Positions 22,025-31,230 of a stretch of DNA of 64,000 nucleotides are shown piece by piece. The notes under the pieces are model-generated. The model did no database searches, was not told the origin of the DNA, and saw nothing but the letters and a program-made list of their open reading frames with translations. Numbering within the stretch: position 1 is the first letter of the stretch; each line of letters begins with the position of its first letter. The DNA comes from Spirochaetia bacterium (GTDB lineage Bacteria; Spirochaetota; Spirochaetia; SZUA-6; Bin103): contig CBDAOI010000004.1 of NCBI GenBank assembly GCA_965198005.1, forward strand, positions 800,001 through 864,000, given 5' to 3'. The position numbers and the translations under genes are program-made.

Positions 22025-23824
22025 ATGAAGATATTCTTTACACGGACTTTCGCGGTTGCGTTGGTCCTGGTGCTGACCGCCACCGGCCTCTGGGCCGCTG
22101 GCGCAGAAGAGGACACGACCGCCGCCGGGGAGAAGAGGTATGTCACCGACCCGACCACCGGCAAGATGGTGGTGGCACCACAGTATGGCGGGACAATAAC
22201 CTATGCCAAGGGAGGGACATCGACGGGTGCCGACGTCCTGGTCCTAGGCTCAATGGCAGAAGCCCTAATCGATCCCGTCGTCGAGAAGCTGGGGATGGCG
22301 GACTGGGCAGCGCCCAGGGACGAATTCCAGTTCCTCGGTAATCTCTGCCCTCCAGCCTACACGAAAGGGGGTCTGGCGGAAAGCTGGTCGCAGCCCGACC
22401 CACTCACTATTATCGTCAAAGTCCGCCGGGGCGTTCACTGGCATGACAAGGCACCGATGAACGGAAGGGAGCTGACTGCCCAGGATATCGAGTACAACTA
22501 TCACCGTATCTTGGGACTCGGCAGCGGTTTCACCGAGCCTAGCGAAGCTAGTAAATATGGTGCGTTGTCAGGTGTGAACGTGGAATCGGTAGCGGCCACC
22601 GACAAATATACGGTTGTTTTCAAGCTGCAGGAGCCAAGGCTCACTATTCTGACCGCTATCTTCAACGAATTCACCGGCTTTATGTACCCCCCCGAAGTGA
22701 TCAAGGAACACGGGGACATGCAGGATTGGAGGAACCTGGTCGGCACCGGACCCATGATGCTGACTGACCGGGTCGAGGGCATCTCCGTAACCTTTACCAA
22801 GAATCCCGACTACTGGGGCTACGACGAAAAATACCCGGAGAACCGTTTGCCCTACGTTGACCGGATAAGGGCACTAGTTATGACGGAACCGGCGACACGT
22901 CTGGCGGCACTGCGCGCCGGTAGGCTTGATTACATAGGTCTGATCGGCGCAGCTCAAATAGCGTCTCTCGACCAGGTAGAAAGCCTCCAGAAGACCAACC
23001 CCGAACTCGTGATATATCCGTCTGCTGCTTTCTCGACCACTAGTATAGGCATGAACGTTCAGGCGGAGCCCTTTGACGACATCAGGGTGCGCAAGGCAAT
23101 GCAGATGGCCATAAACCTCGAGGAAATCAACAACGCCTACTATAGGGGTTATGCCGATATCATACCTCAGGGGCAGCTAAGCCGGACTATTTCACAGGCT
23201 GTCATCCAATTCGAAGATTGGCCCGAAGATGTCAAGAAGGTCTTTGACTACGACCTGGAAGGTGCCGAAGCGTTGCTTGATGAGGCTGGATATCCGCGCG
23301 GCGCCGACAGCGTGAGATTTAAGACCGACTTTATGCACAACGAGAGGTACGATTTGAACTATGTACAATTAGTCGCCTCATACTGGAAAAGAATTGGCGT
23401 TGACGTGGAGATTGATGTACAGCCAGGCACGGCCATTGGCGCTAGAAGAAGTGCGGGAGATTTCAGACTCATGCAAGGGGAATCGGCCGGGAAAGTGTGC
23501 CCATGGGGATGGGCAGGGGGGAAGCGCTTTACGGATGTAGCATGGGACTCCTCCAATGTCGACGACCCAGTTTATAATGCCATGGTTGAAGCCGCCGAAG
23601 GCGCCTCCACCATGGAGGAACTAAACAGCATGGTTAAAGAGGTAAATCAGTATGCGATAGAGAACTTCTGGACGCTATTTAGTCCTGTGGCCCCAGTGTA
23701 TTCGGCGGTCCAGCCGTGGATCATAGGTTTCAACGGCGAGATGAGGTTGGGAGAGAATCGATATATCACCGTTTTCACCCGCCTCTGGATCGATCAGGAG
23801 CTCAAGGAGTCGATGGGTTTCTAG
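22025..23824 (+). CDS. Peptide/nickel ABC transporter substrate-binding protein (family 5)
   Basis: Signal peptide, QYGGT, LAESWSQPD, VGTGPM, KNPDYWG, PFDDIRVRKA. Confidence 0.93.
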   Translation: MKIFFTRTFAVALVLVLTATGLWAAGAEEDTTAAGEKRYVTDPTTGKMVVAPQYGGTITYAKGGTSTGADVLVLGSMAEALIDPVVEKLGMADWAAPRDEFQFLGNLCPPAYTKGGLAESWSQPDPLTIIVKVRRGVHWHDKAPMNGRELTAQDIEYNYHRILGLGSGFTEPSEASKYGALSGVNVESVAATDKYTVVFKLQEPRLTILTAIFNEFTGFMYPPEVIKEHGDMQDWRNLVGTGPMMLTDRVEGISVTFTKNPDYWGYDEKYPENRLPYVDRIRALVMTEPATRLAALRAGRLDYIGLIGAAQIASLDQVESLQKTNPELVIYPSAAFSTTSIGMNVQAEPFDDIRVRKAMQMAINLEEINNAYYRGYADIIPQGQLSRTISQAVIQFEDWPEDVKKVFDYDLEGAEALLDEAGYPRGADSVRFKTDFMHNERYDLNYVQLVASYWKRIGVDVEIDVQPGTAIGARRSAGDFRLMQGESAGKVCPWGWAGGKRFTDVAWDSSNVDDPVYNAMVEAAEGASTMEELNSMVKEVNQYAIENFWTLFSPVAPVYSAVQPWIIGFNGEMRLGENRYITVFTRLWIDQELKESMGF

Positions 23825-23829
23825 GGGCT

Positions 23830-24301
23830 TTGAGCAGCCGACAAGACTGCATTCCAGCCGGGGAAGGACCGGCCGTACCAATTACCCGGTTCGGGTACGT
23901 AGTGATGCCACAGTTCGTGTTGGGTAACCGCACGATAGCTGCGTGGTGTATAAGGCCCTGCCGCTTTGTCAGGCAAAGGACTGCAAGGTGGGGGCATCCA
24001 GAGGGTCGGTGCATGTCGGATGCCTGACGGGCACACGCCGGGGCGCTGTACCCGGGCAACGTGAGAAGTCGGAGCGGGCATCGAGCCGGTGGTATAACCG
24101 GCCGGGTTAGGGGCGTATGCGTGCCAGCGCTTGCGCTTCGGCCCCGTCGGGAAGGTCCATCGGGGAAAGTGGGCATGGCCGCCAACCGGACTCGAGAAAT
24201 TCGACCGTCCGGGATGAGAGGGGGGCTTCGCGGAAACGTGGAACTGATAACGAGGAGCTGGGAGCCGCTTCCGAGCGCGTTTCCCAGCTCCTCTACTCGT
24301 T
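23830..24301 (+). ncRNA. ORF-less group II intron-like ribozyme
   Basis: Domain V-like hairpin aaccggac-tcga-gaaa-ttcga-cc-gtccggga (24184-24214); domain VI 12-bp stem gagaggggggct/agctcctct(A)ctc with bulged A24295; J2/3-DIII-like gagaagtcgga at 24063; no RT ORF. Confidence 0.75.
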
Positions 24302-24325
24302 GACTGAGAGGCAACGGAGAATCGC

Positions 24326-25288
24326 TTGAGGGCCTATATCTTCAGGAGATTGTTGCTGACTGTCCCGACCCTGTTCATATTGAGCATCCTGGTCTTCCTT
24401 TCGGTCCGCTTCATCCCCGGCGACGTAATAGACGCAATACAGGAGCGGCTGGGATACACAGTATCCGGTGCGTCGGTCGACCGGGAAGCGCTAGAGCGTC
24501 AACTGGGACTAGACGTGCCTGTCTACGTGCAGTACGGACGCTGGTTGAGGGGCATTTTCGTGCACGGCAGCCTCGGCGAATCACTGATGGGCCGAGGGGC
24601 GGTGGAGCAGAAGATAATAGATAGACTGCCGGTAACCATTGAGCTTGGTTTGATGGCAATCCTCATCGGGCTGGTGATCGCGTTGCCGGTCGGCATCTAC
24701 TCGGCGATTCGCCAGGATACCGTCGCCGACTTCCTGGGGCGCTCGGTCGCCATCGTCGGCCTGGCCACGCCCAACTTCTGGCTAGGCATCATGGTCATGA
24801 TCTACCCGGCCATCTGGTGGGGCTGGGCGCCGCCGCTGGAGCTGGTTTCCCTCACGGAAGACCCGCTGGGGAATCTGGCGGTGTTCGTCATTCCCAGCCT
24901 GATTCTGGGAACGGCCGCGGCTGCAGCCACCATGCGGATGACGCGCACCATGATGCTGGAGGTGCTCCGGCAGGATTTTATCAGGACGGCCTGGGCGAAG
25001 GGCTTGCGGGAGCGGGCCGTGGTGATCCGACACGCGGTCAAGAATGCCCTGATCCCGGTGGTGTCCCTGATCGGCCTGCAGTTGCCGATTCTGGTGGGGG
25101 GCGCCGTGATCATGGAGAACATCTTCAACCTGCCGGGCCTCGGCCGTCTCTTGCTGACTGCCCTCAATGACAGAGACTACCCGATGGTCTCCGGCATCAA
25201 CCTGTTTTTCGCCACCGGTGTGGTGGGGATCAATCTCCTCATCGACCTGGTCTATGCCTTCTTGGACCCCAGGGTCCGCTATGACTGA
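24326..25288 (+). CDS. Peptide ABC transporter permease (OppB/DppB)
   Basis: RRLLLTVPTL, FIPGD, RLPVTIEL, LPGLGRL, LDPRVRY. Confidence 0.92.
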   Translation: MRAYIFRRLLLTVPTLFILSILVFLSVRFIPGDVIDAIQERLGYTVSGASVDREALERQLGLDVPVYVQYGRWLRGIFVHGSLGESLMGRGAVEQKIIDRLPVTIELGLMAILIGLVIALPVGIYSAIRQDTVADFLGRSVAIVGLATPNFWLGIMVMIYPAIWWGWAPPLELVSLTEDPLGNLAVFVIPSLILGTAAAAATMRMTRTMMLEVLRQDFIRTAWAKGLRERAVVIRHAVKNALIPVVSLIGLQLPILVGGAVIMENIFNLPGLGRLLLTALNDRDYPMVSGINLFFATGVVGINLLIDLVYAFLDPRVRYD

Positions 25289-25436
25289 AGCCACTGAGCA
25301 TCATCGGCGGGGTCGTCATCCACACGTTGAGATATCAGCCGGACACCGGCGCGGTTTCCGCCCGCAAGTGGTCAGGTTAGAATCTCCCGCGAACACCACG
25401 GCGTCATGACGACGGCGCGGCCACGGACGGAGACTC

Positions 25437-26020
25437 ATGGACGACCCCTCCTACAAACGCCTGCGCAAGCACGAACGCATCGTCAAGGATCTGCTGATCG
25501 GGTTCATCGCGCCGCAACGCGCTCCGGGGTGGGCCGGCGCGCTCGACTTCGACACCCTCCGCGAAGGCCCCACCGAGGAGATCACCGACGAGTTGCGCCG
25601 CCGGCTCGGTGGCGTGGTGTGGTCGATCGACCGGCGCGACGGACGCGGCGGGGTGCAGACCCTGCACGTGGTGATCGAGCATCAGTCCAGCGTGGACTAG
25701 TCGATGCCGCTGCGGTTCCTCAACTACACGAGCCTGCTCTACCAGCGGCTGTATCGCGACCGCACCAGGTGGAGCAAGGGCGAGACGGCGGACCCGGTGT
25801 TGCACGTCGTGGTGTACAACGGCGATAGTCGGTGGGACGCGCCAGGACCGAGCAAGACGGTCCGGCGCAGCTCGCGCTGAGTTACGAGGTGCTTGATCTG
25901 ATGGCCGTGGAGTGGGATGATCTACCGCGGCCGAACCTGCTGACGTGGGTGGCGGAAGTGGAGCAAAGTGTACAGGCGAGGGCTTTGCCTGAGCGGGTAC
26001 GGGAGTTGGGGGAGTGGCTC
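25437..26020 (+). pseudogene. Rpn/YhgA-like (PD-(D/E)XK) recombination-promoting nuclease
   Basis: DDPSYKRL, LDFDTL, VIEHQSSVD*, then MPLRFLNY...VVYNG..RWDAP; internal TAG and frameshift. Confidence 0.8.
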
Positions 26021-26185
26021 GACCACCGACTTCCTCGCCCGCGTGGACCGCGCCAGTTCGTAGCCCGGCCTTGCGACGCCTCCGGGGTGGTTGGTCGACT
26101 CAGGAAGGGGCCGATGCGCCCGGGTCCACGCCGCGAGGGTGCTCACGGGCGCCGCAGCTGCCAAAAAAAACTTTTCGTTTGCCGG

Positions 26186-26330
26186 TTGACTTGTTTGCCG
26201 CAGGTGTGCCAGGGTAAGCGCCACGGATTTGAACGGATGCAAAAAGTGGCTGATGACACTACTCAGCACTGCCACCGGTTAGCGGTAACGCAACCGGCGT
26301 GTCCTACCCTTGCCCCCCCCCCCCCCCCCC
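26186..26330 (+). promoter_or_regulatory. Promoter/short-ORF/poly-C module copy 2 (C18 at 26313-26330)
   Basis: TTGACT-18-CAGGGT with TG; ATG 26237; ccggttagcggtaacgcaaccgg matches copy 1. Confidence 0.55.
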
Positions 26331-26451
26331 GGAATCCTTTCGCGGCGGGGGTTGACAAATGGTGGGGCCCCCCCAGACTGTCTCTTCAGGCCATGCAGTC
26401 AATCGCCGCTACATCTGGGTATGGCTGTGCCTCACCTGCGGAGGGCTTGAG

Positions 26452-27360
26452 TGACTCTTGAGCGTGCTGGTATTCCTGTCGGTGCGCTTCATCCCCGGCG
26501 ACGTCATCGACGTCATGGCGGCTCGCTCGGCGGCCTTCGGCACCTCCGTCGACCGGCAGCTCGTAGAACGCAGGCTTGGCCTGGACCTACCGATCCACGT
26601 GCAGTACGGCCGCTGGATCGGCGGCATCCTCCTGCGCGGCACCCTCGGCGAGTCGCTGCTGGGCGGCTGGCCGATCGAGGAGCGCATGCTGGGACGACTT
26701 CCGGTCACCGCCGAGCTCGGGCTGCTGGCCATCCTCATCGGCCTGGTCATCGCGCTGCCGGTGGGCATCTACTCGGCGGTGCGCCAGTACACGGCGGCCG
26801 ACTACGTGGGACGGTCGGTCGCCATCATGGGGCTGGCGACGCCCAACTTCTGGCTGGGAACGATGGTGATGATCTACCCGGCCATCTGGTGGGCGTGGTC
26901 GCCGCCGATGGAGCTGGTCCCGTTCGCCCAGGACCCGCTGGGCAACCTCGGCATGTTCCTCATCCCGAGCCTGATCCTGGGGACCTACCTGTCGGCCAGC
27001 ACCATGCGCATGACGCGCACCATGATGCTGGAGGTGCTGCGCCAGGACTACATCAGGACCGCTTGGTCCAAGGGTCTGCTGGAGCGGTCGGTGATCCTGC
27101 GCCACGCGGTCAAGAACGCCATCATCCCGGTGGTGACGCTGGTGGGCATGCAGCTGCCGATCCTGGTGGGCGGCGCGGTGATCATCGAGAACATCTTCAA
27201 CCTGCCGGGGCTGGGGCGGCTGATGCTGGACGCCCTCAACGACCGCGACTACCCGGTGGTGTCGGCGGTGAACCTGTTCTTCGCTACGGTCGTCGTGGTG
27301 GTCAACCTGGTGACCGATCTGCTGTACGCGTCGCTGGACCCGCGGATTCGCTACGAATGA
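26452..27360 (+). pseudogene. OppB/DppB permease lacking ~15 N-terminal codons
   Basis: Full homology from LSVLVFLSVRFIPGD to LDPRIRYE; first helix start missing. Confidence 0.8.
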
Positions 27361-27383
27361 GGCAAAGGCAATGAGGGAAACCC

Positions 27384-27731
27384 GTGGGTGACGTATCACA
27401 GCTGACGCCGGCCGGCGCCGAGCCGGCCGCGGGCGCGGCTGCGCAGGCCGGACCGCGGCGGTTCTTCGGCCGGCTGGTGCGCGAGCAGCCGTTGGGGACC
27501 GCCGGCGGCATCGTCATCCTGATCCTGGTGCTGGTGAGCATCTTCGCCGACGGGCTGCTCAGCCGGGAGGGGCGGCAGTACGTGGAGGTCGCGCCGCATC
27601 TGGCGCTGTGGTCGGGGGTGTGTCTGACCGTGGTGGTGTACAGCCTCAACATATTCGGCGACGCGGTGCGCGACCTGCTGGACCCCCGCCTGCGCGGCCG
27701 GCTCGGGCGCTACGGCGCGGGCAGGGCGTAG
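27384..27731 (+). pseudogene. OppC/DppC permease with large in-frame internal deletion
   Basis: N-terminus (EQPLGTAGG..SIFAD) joined directly to C-terminus (LSREGRQY..LLDPRLRG). Confidence 0.85.
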
Positions 27732-27828
27732 CGGGGTCAACGCCATCAGCCACGGGGCAGACTGCGGACATCGTACGCACGAAGTGGTCTTGATACGAGA
27801 AGAATTCTACCTTATTCTTGAAACTGCG

Positions 27829-28080
27829 ATGAAGATGAAGGTTGGGACCTTGATCGATGCCGAGTTGCTCACGGAGGTGAAGCGCGCCGCCGCGGAGGAC
27901 GGGAAACGGCTGTGCGATCTGTTCGCCGACGCCCTTACGGGATACCTCGCGGAGCGCGCTCCGGAGCCTCGCCGCGCGATGCAGGCATACGCCCGGTTTT
28001 GCAACAACCCCATAGGCGGCATGGGCGCGGGCGAGGACGATCTCCGCGAGATCGTCGACGACGACCTGCTGGCGCGGTGA
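27829..28080 (+). CDS. Ribbon-helix-helix antitoxin
   Basis: MKMKVGTLIDAELLTEVKRAAAEDG; overlaps PIN start; aagaat/attctt inverted repeat upstream (27800-27819). Confidence 0.7.
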   Translation: MKMKVGTLIDAELLTEVKRAAAEDGKRLCDLFADALTGYLAERAPEPRRAMQAYARFCNNPIGGMGAGEDDLREIVDDDLLAR

Positions 28081-28481
28081 AGGACACGGAAATCGCCGAC
28101 GGCTCGCGGTGCGTGCTCGACGCGAACGTTCTGATCTACGCCGAAGAAGGACACTCGAAGCAAGCGAGCGCCCTGCTTGCGCGGTGTGCCGAGGGCGCGG
28201 TCAGCGGAATCATCCCTTTCGCCGCACTCCTTGAGGTGTGTCACAAGCTCATGCTGATCGAGGCGCGCGCCCGGAACAAGATCTCGGGGTCGAACCCCGC
28301 CCGCAAGTTGTCCGCCCAACCGGAGGTCGTGAAAACCCTGCATGCCTATCAGGCCAAGGTCGACGCACTGCTCGACATGGGTATGCGCGTCGAGGAACAT
28401 TGCATCGCGGACTATACTCGTGCCTTGGAACTACAATCCGCGTACGGTCTACTCACGATCGACTCCTCGTCCCCAGCCTGA
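28077..28481 (+). pseudogene. vapC: PIN-domain toxin, 3'-truncated
   Basis: VLDANVLIYA...YGLLTIDS, cut at ~28468 by a permease fragment. Confidence 0.8.
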
Positions 28482-28811
28482 TCCTGGGGACCTACCTGTC
28501 GGCCAGCACCATGCGCATGACGCGCACCATGATGCTGGAGGTGCTGCGCCTGGATTACATCAGGACCGCCTGGGCCAAGGGTCTGCTGGAGCGGTCGGTG
28601 ATCCTGCGCCACGCGCTCAAGAACGCCATCATCCCGGTGGTGACGCTGGTGGGCGGCGCGGTGATCATCGAGGCTGATGCTGGATGCGCTCAACGACCGC
28701 GACTACCCGGTGGTGTCGGCGGTGAACCTCTTCTTCGCCACGGTGGTGGTGGTCAACCTGCTGACCGATCTGCTGTACGCGGCGCTGGACCCGCGGATTC
28801 GCTACGAATGA
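28469..28811 (+). pseudogene. OppB permease 3' fragment (diverged copy of 26960-27360)
   Basis: Near-identical DNA with small deletions and a frameshift. Confidence 0.8.
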
Positions 28812-28830
28812 GCCGGGCCGATGGGTGACG

Positions 28831-29660
28831 ATGGGTGACGTATCACAGTTGGCGCCGGCCAGCGCCGAGCCGGCCGCGGGTGCGGTTACGGCTGGGCAGG
28901 CCGGGCTGAGGAAGTTCGTCGGCCGGCTGGTGCGCGAGCAGCCGCTGGGGACCGCCGGCGGCATCGTCATCCTGCTCCTGGTGCTGGTCAGCATCTTTGC
29001 CGATTCGCTGGCGCCCTACCGCTACCAGGAGATCCACCTGCGCGACCGCCTGCAGGCACCCTCGGCCGCGTACCTGCTGGGCACCGACCACGTGGGGCGC
29101 GACCTGCTGAGCCGCCTCATCCACGGGGCGCGGCTGTCGCTGGCGGTGGGGCTGGCCGCCACGGTCCTCACCGTCGTGTGGTGGTGCTGATCGGCGGCAC
29201 CACCGGCTTCATCGGCGGCCGGCTGGACCTGGTGACGCAGCGCTTCGTCGACGCCTGGATGGCGTTCCCGGGGCTGCTGTTGCTGCTCACCATCATGTCG
29301 ATAGCCGGCCGTGGCATGCTGCAGATCATCGTCGTGCTGGGGGTATCGGGCGGCATCCCGGCCTCGCGCGTGGTGCGCGGCGCGGTGCTGGGGGTGAAGG
29401 AGAACGTCTACTTCCAGGCGGCGCAGGCGATCGGCAGTTCGCGCCGGCGCTCGCTGCTGCGCCACGTGCTACCCAACGTCGCGGCGCCGATCATCATCAT
29501 CTTCAGCATCAACGTGGGCGGGGTGATCATGGCGGAGGCGGCGCTGAGTTTTCTGGGGTTCGGGCTGCCGCCGGACATTCCGAGCTCGGGCGGGATGCTG
29601 AGCCGGGAGGGGCGGCAGTACATGGAGATCGCGCCGCGCCTGGCGCTGTGGCCGGGGGGC
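28831..29660 (+). pseudogene. OppC/DppC permease, frameshifted (~29175) and 3'-truncated
   Basis: LLGTDHVGRDLLSR, HVLPNVAAP, EAALSFLGFG. Confidence 0.85.
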
Positions 29661-29734
29661 CCGACCACTGCGCACGAAAAGAGACTGTACGAAGCATACT
29701 TGGCCGGGGGGGATCGACTGTACCTTCGATACCT

Positions 29735-30034
29735 ATGAAAACCGAGGATGAACCCGTGGAGCTCACGGAAAGCCAGTTCGCGACCGCGATTCCGGCAAGT
29801 GTTCGCAGACGCTTCATGCGGGGCCGGTTCGAATCCGGTGCGGACGTGGTGGCTCTACGGCGGTTTGTCGGACTTACGCAGGTCCAGTTTGCAGCCTCGG
29901 TCGGCATCAGCGTTCACACCTTGCGCAATTGGGAACAGGACCGCCGCCGTCCTGAAGGGCCAGCGCTGGCTCTCCTGCGCATCGCCGCGCGGCACCCGCG
30001 AGTCATCCGCGAGAACACCGAGTCGGTGGCATGA
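29735..30034 (+). CDS. Xre/HTH antitoxin preceded by a BrnT-like toxin tail (29660-29738)
   Basis: LRRFVGLTQVQFAASVGISVHTLRNWEQDRRRPEGPALALL. Confidence 0.85.
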   Translation: MKTEDEPVELTESQFATAIPASVRRRFMRGRFESGADVVALRRFVGLTQVQFAASVGISVHTLRNWEQDRRRPEGPALALLRIAARHPRVIRENTESVA

Positions 30035-30369
30035 GAGCGTTGCGGCGCGCGTGCTGGTGCGGATGAAGCGGCGGTGGCTGCCGGCGGTCAGCTCATCGCA
30101 CCGGGCTGCTTGACGGTGGCTAAATACATCACCTGCAATCAGTTACAGAATTCCTTCCGGTCGGACCGTGCGTGCATTCACTCGGTGGGCCAACAGGTGG
30201 GCATGGTCGCGTTTCACACTCGGAGGGCTTGAGCTTATGACAGGGCTTGCGATCTCGCCCTCAAAACTTTTCTGTAACCTCTCGCCTCCAATTGCCATAT
30301 CTGTTTACGATGCACCTCTGCTCCTCTACCAGCCGTTCCCCGAGAATCGCTGCGGTGACCTCCGAGCGG

Positions 30370-30746
30370 TTGACAGTGCGGCGCGCATATGCAAGGGTGG
30401 CTCGCCTGAGATTCGACGGATGCAGATGAAGCGCGATCACGACAGTCAGCGCAGTGGCCGGTTGGCGGTGGCCGCAACGTCACCACTGCCGGTGGCGGCG
30501 ACGCTGGCGGGCGGCCGGAACGGCCGGAGTCCGCGCTTGACATGGTCAGGCGAGCCTGTGACGATAGGGAGTTCGGGGATCGAACGGATGGTCATAAGGC
30601 GCGATGGCGACAGTGAGTGCAGTCACCGGTTATTGGGGATGTGCGGTCAATCGGCGCCACACATGTGCATAGCTGCGTCTCAACTTCGGAGGGTTCGGGT
30701 GACCTACAACAAGTTAACGCTTACCCCCCCCCCCCCCCCAAAAAAA
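30370..30746 (+). promoter_or_regulatory. Tandem promoter/short-ORF modules 3 and 4 with C16A7 tract (30724-30746)
   Basis: TTGACA-17-AAGGGT (30370) and TTGACA-17-GACGAT (30537), both with extended TG; ATGs at 30420 and 30588. Confidence 0.55.
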
Positions 30747-31014
30747 CGATTTCGAACCGAGAACCAACTAACCGCTGCGGCTGATCGCCCCGAACGCGCC
30801 GCGGCGGGCGCCTTCGCGGTTGGCACGGGGGTAGCGGCCGGCTCCGTGTGGCGCCGGCTCAGTCCACGTTCGTTCACTGGCTACCGCAACCGTCCCGCAG
30901 CCCCGTCCGTCACACCCCCGGCGTTGCCCGCCATTCAGAAGCGCTGCCGCGCCGACCACCATCCGATGGTGGCACACCACCCAGTGTGGGGTTGTGACCC
31001 AGGTCCCGACGTAC

Positions 31015-31182
31015 GTCAATTGCCGAAATCTACGGAAAGTGGAGGTGCAAAATGATACTCAAAGAACCGCACGCGCGCGCGGCGTGAGCCCGGGCGAACC
31101 CGGTGAGTCACACGCCGTGCGCGTCACACAGTTGACTCTCACTGGCCGCCTGCGTTGCGGGCGTGAGAGTAGCCAGGGAGCG
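31015..31182 (+). promoter_or_regulatory. Conserved structured leader with uORF MILKEPHARAA (31052-31087), second copy
   Basis: Homologous to 21807-21975; differences fall in loops or keep G-U pairing. Confidence 0.7.
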
Positions 31183-31230
31183 GCAAGCCGCTGCGCAATA
31201 CTCTCGGAAATCAAACATACGGAGTTACGT

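Noticed and set aside
23802-24314. 170-aa minus-strand ORF as an intron-encoded protein
   Set aside because: Antisense to the intron-like RNA, with no RT (YADD) or nuclease motifs
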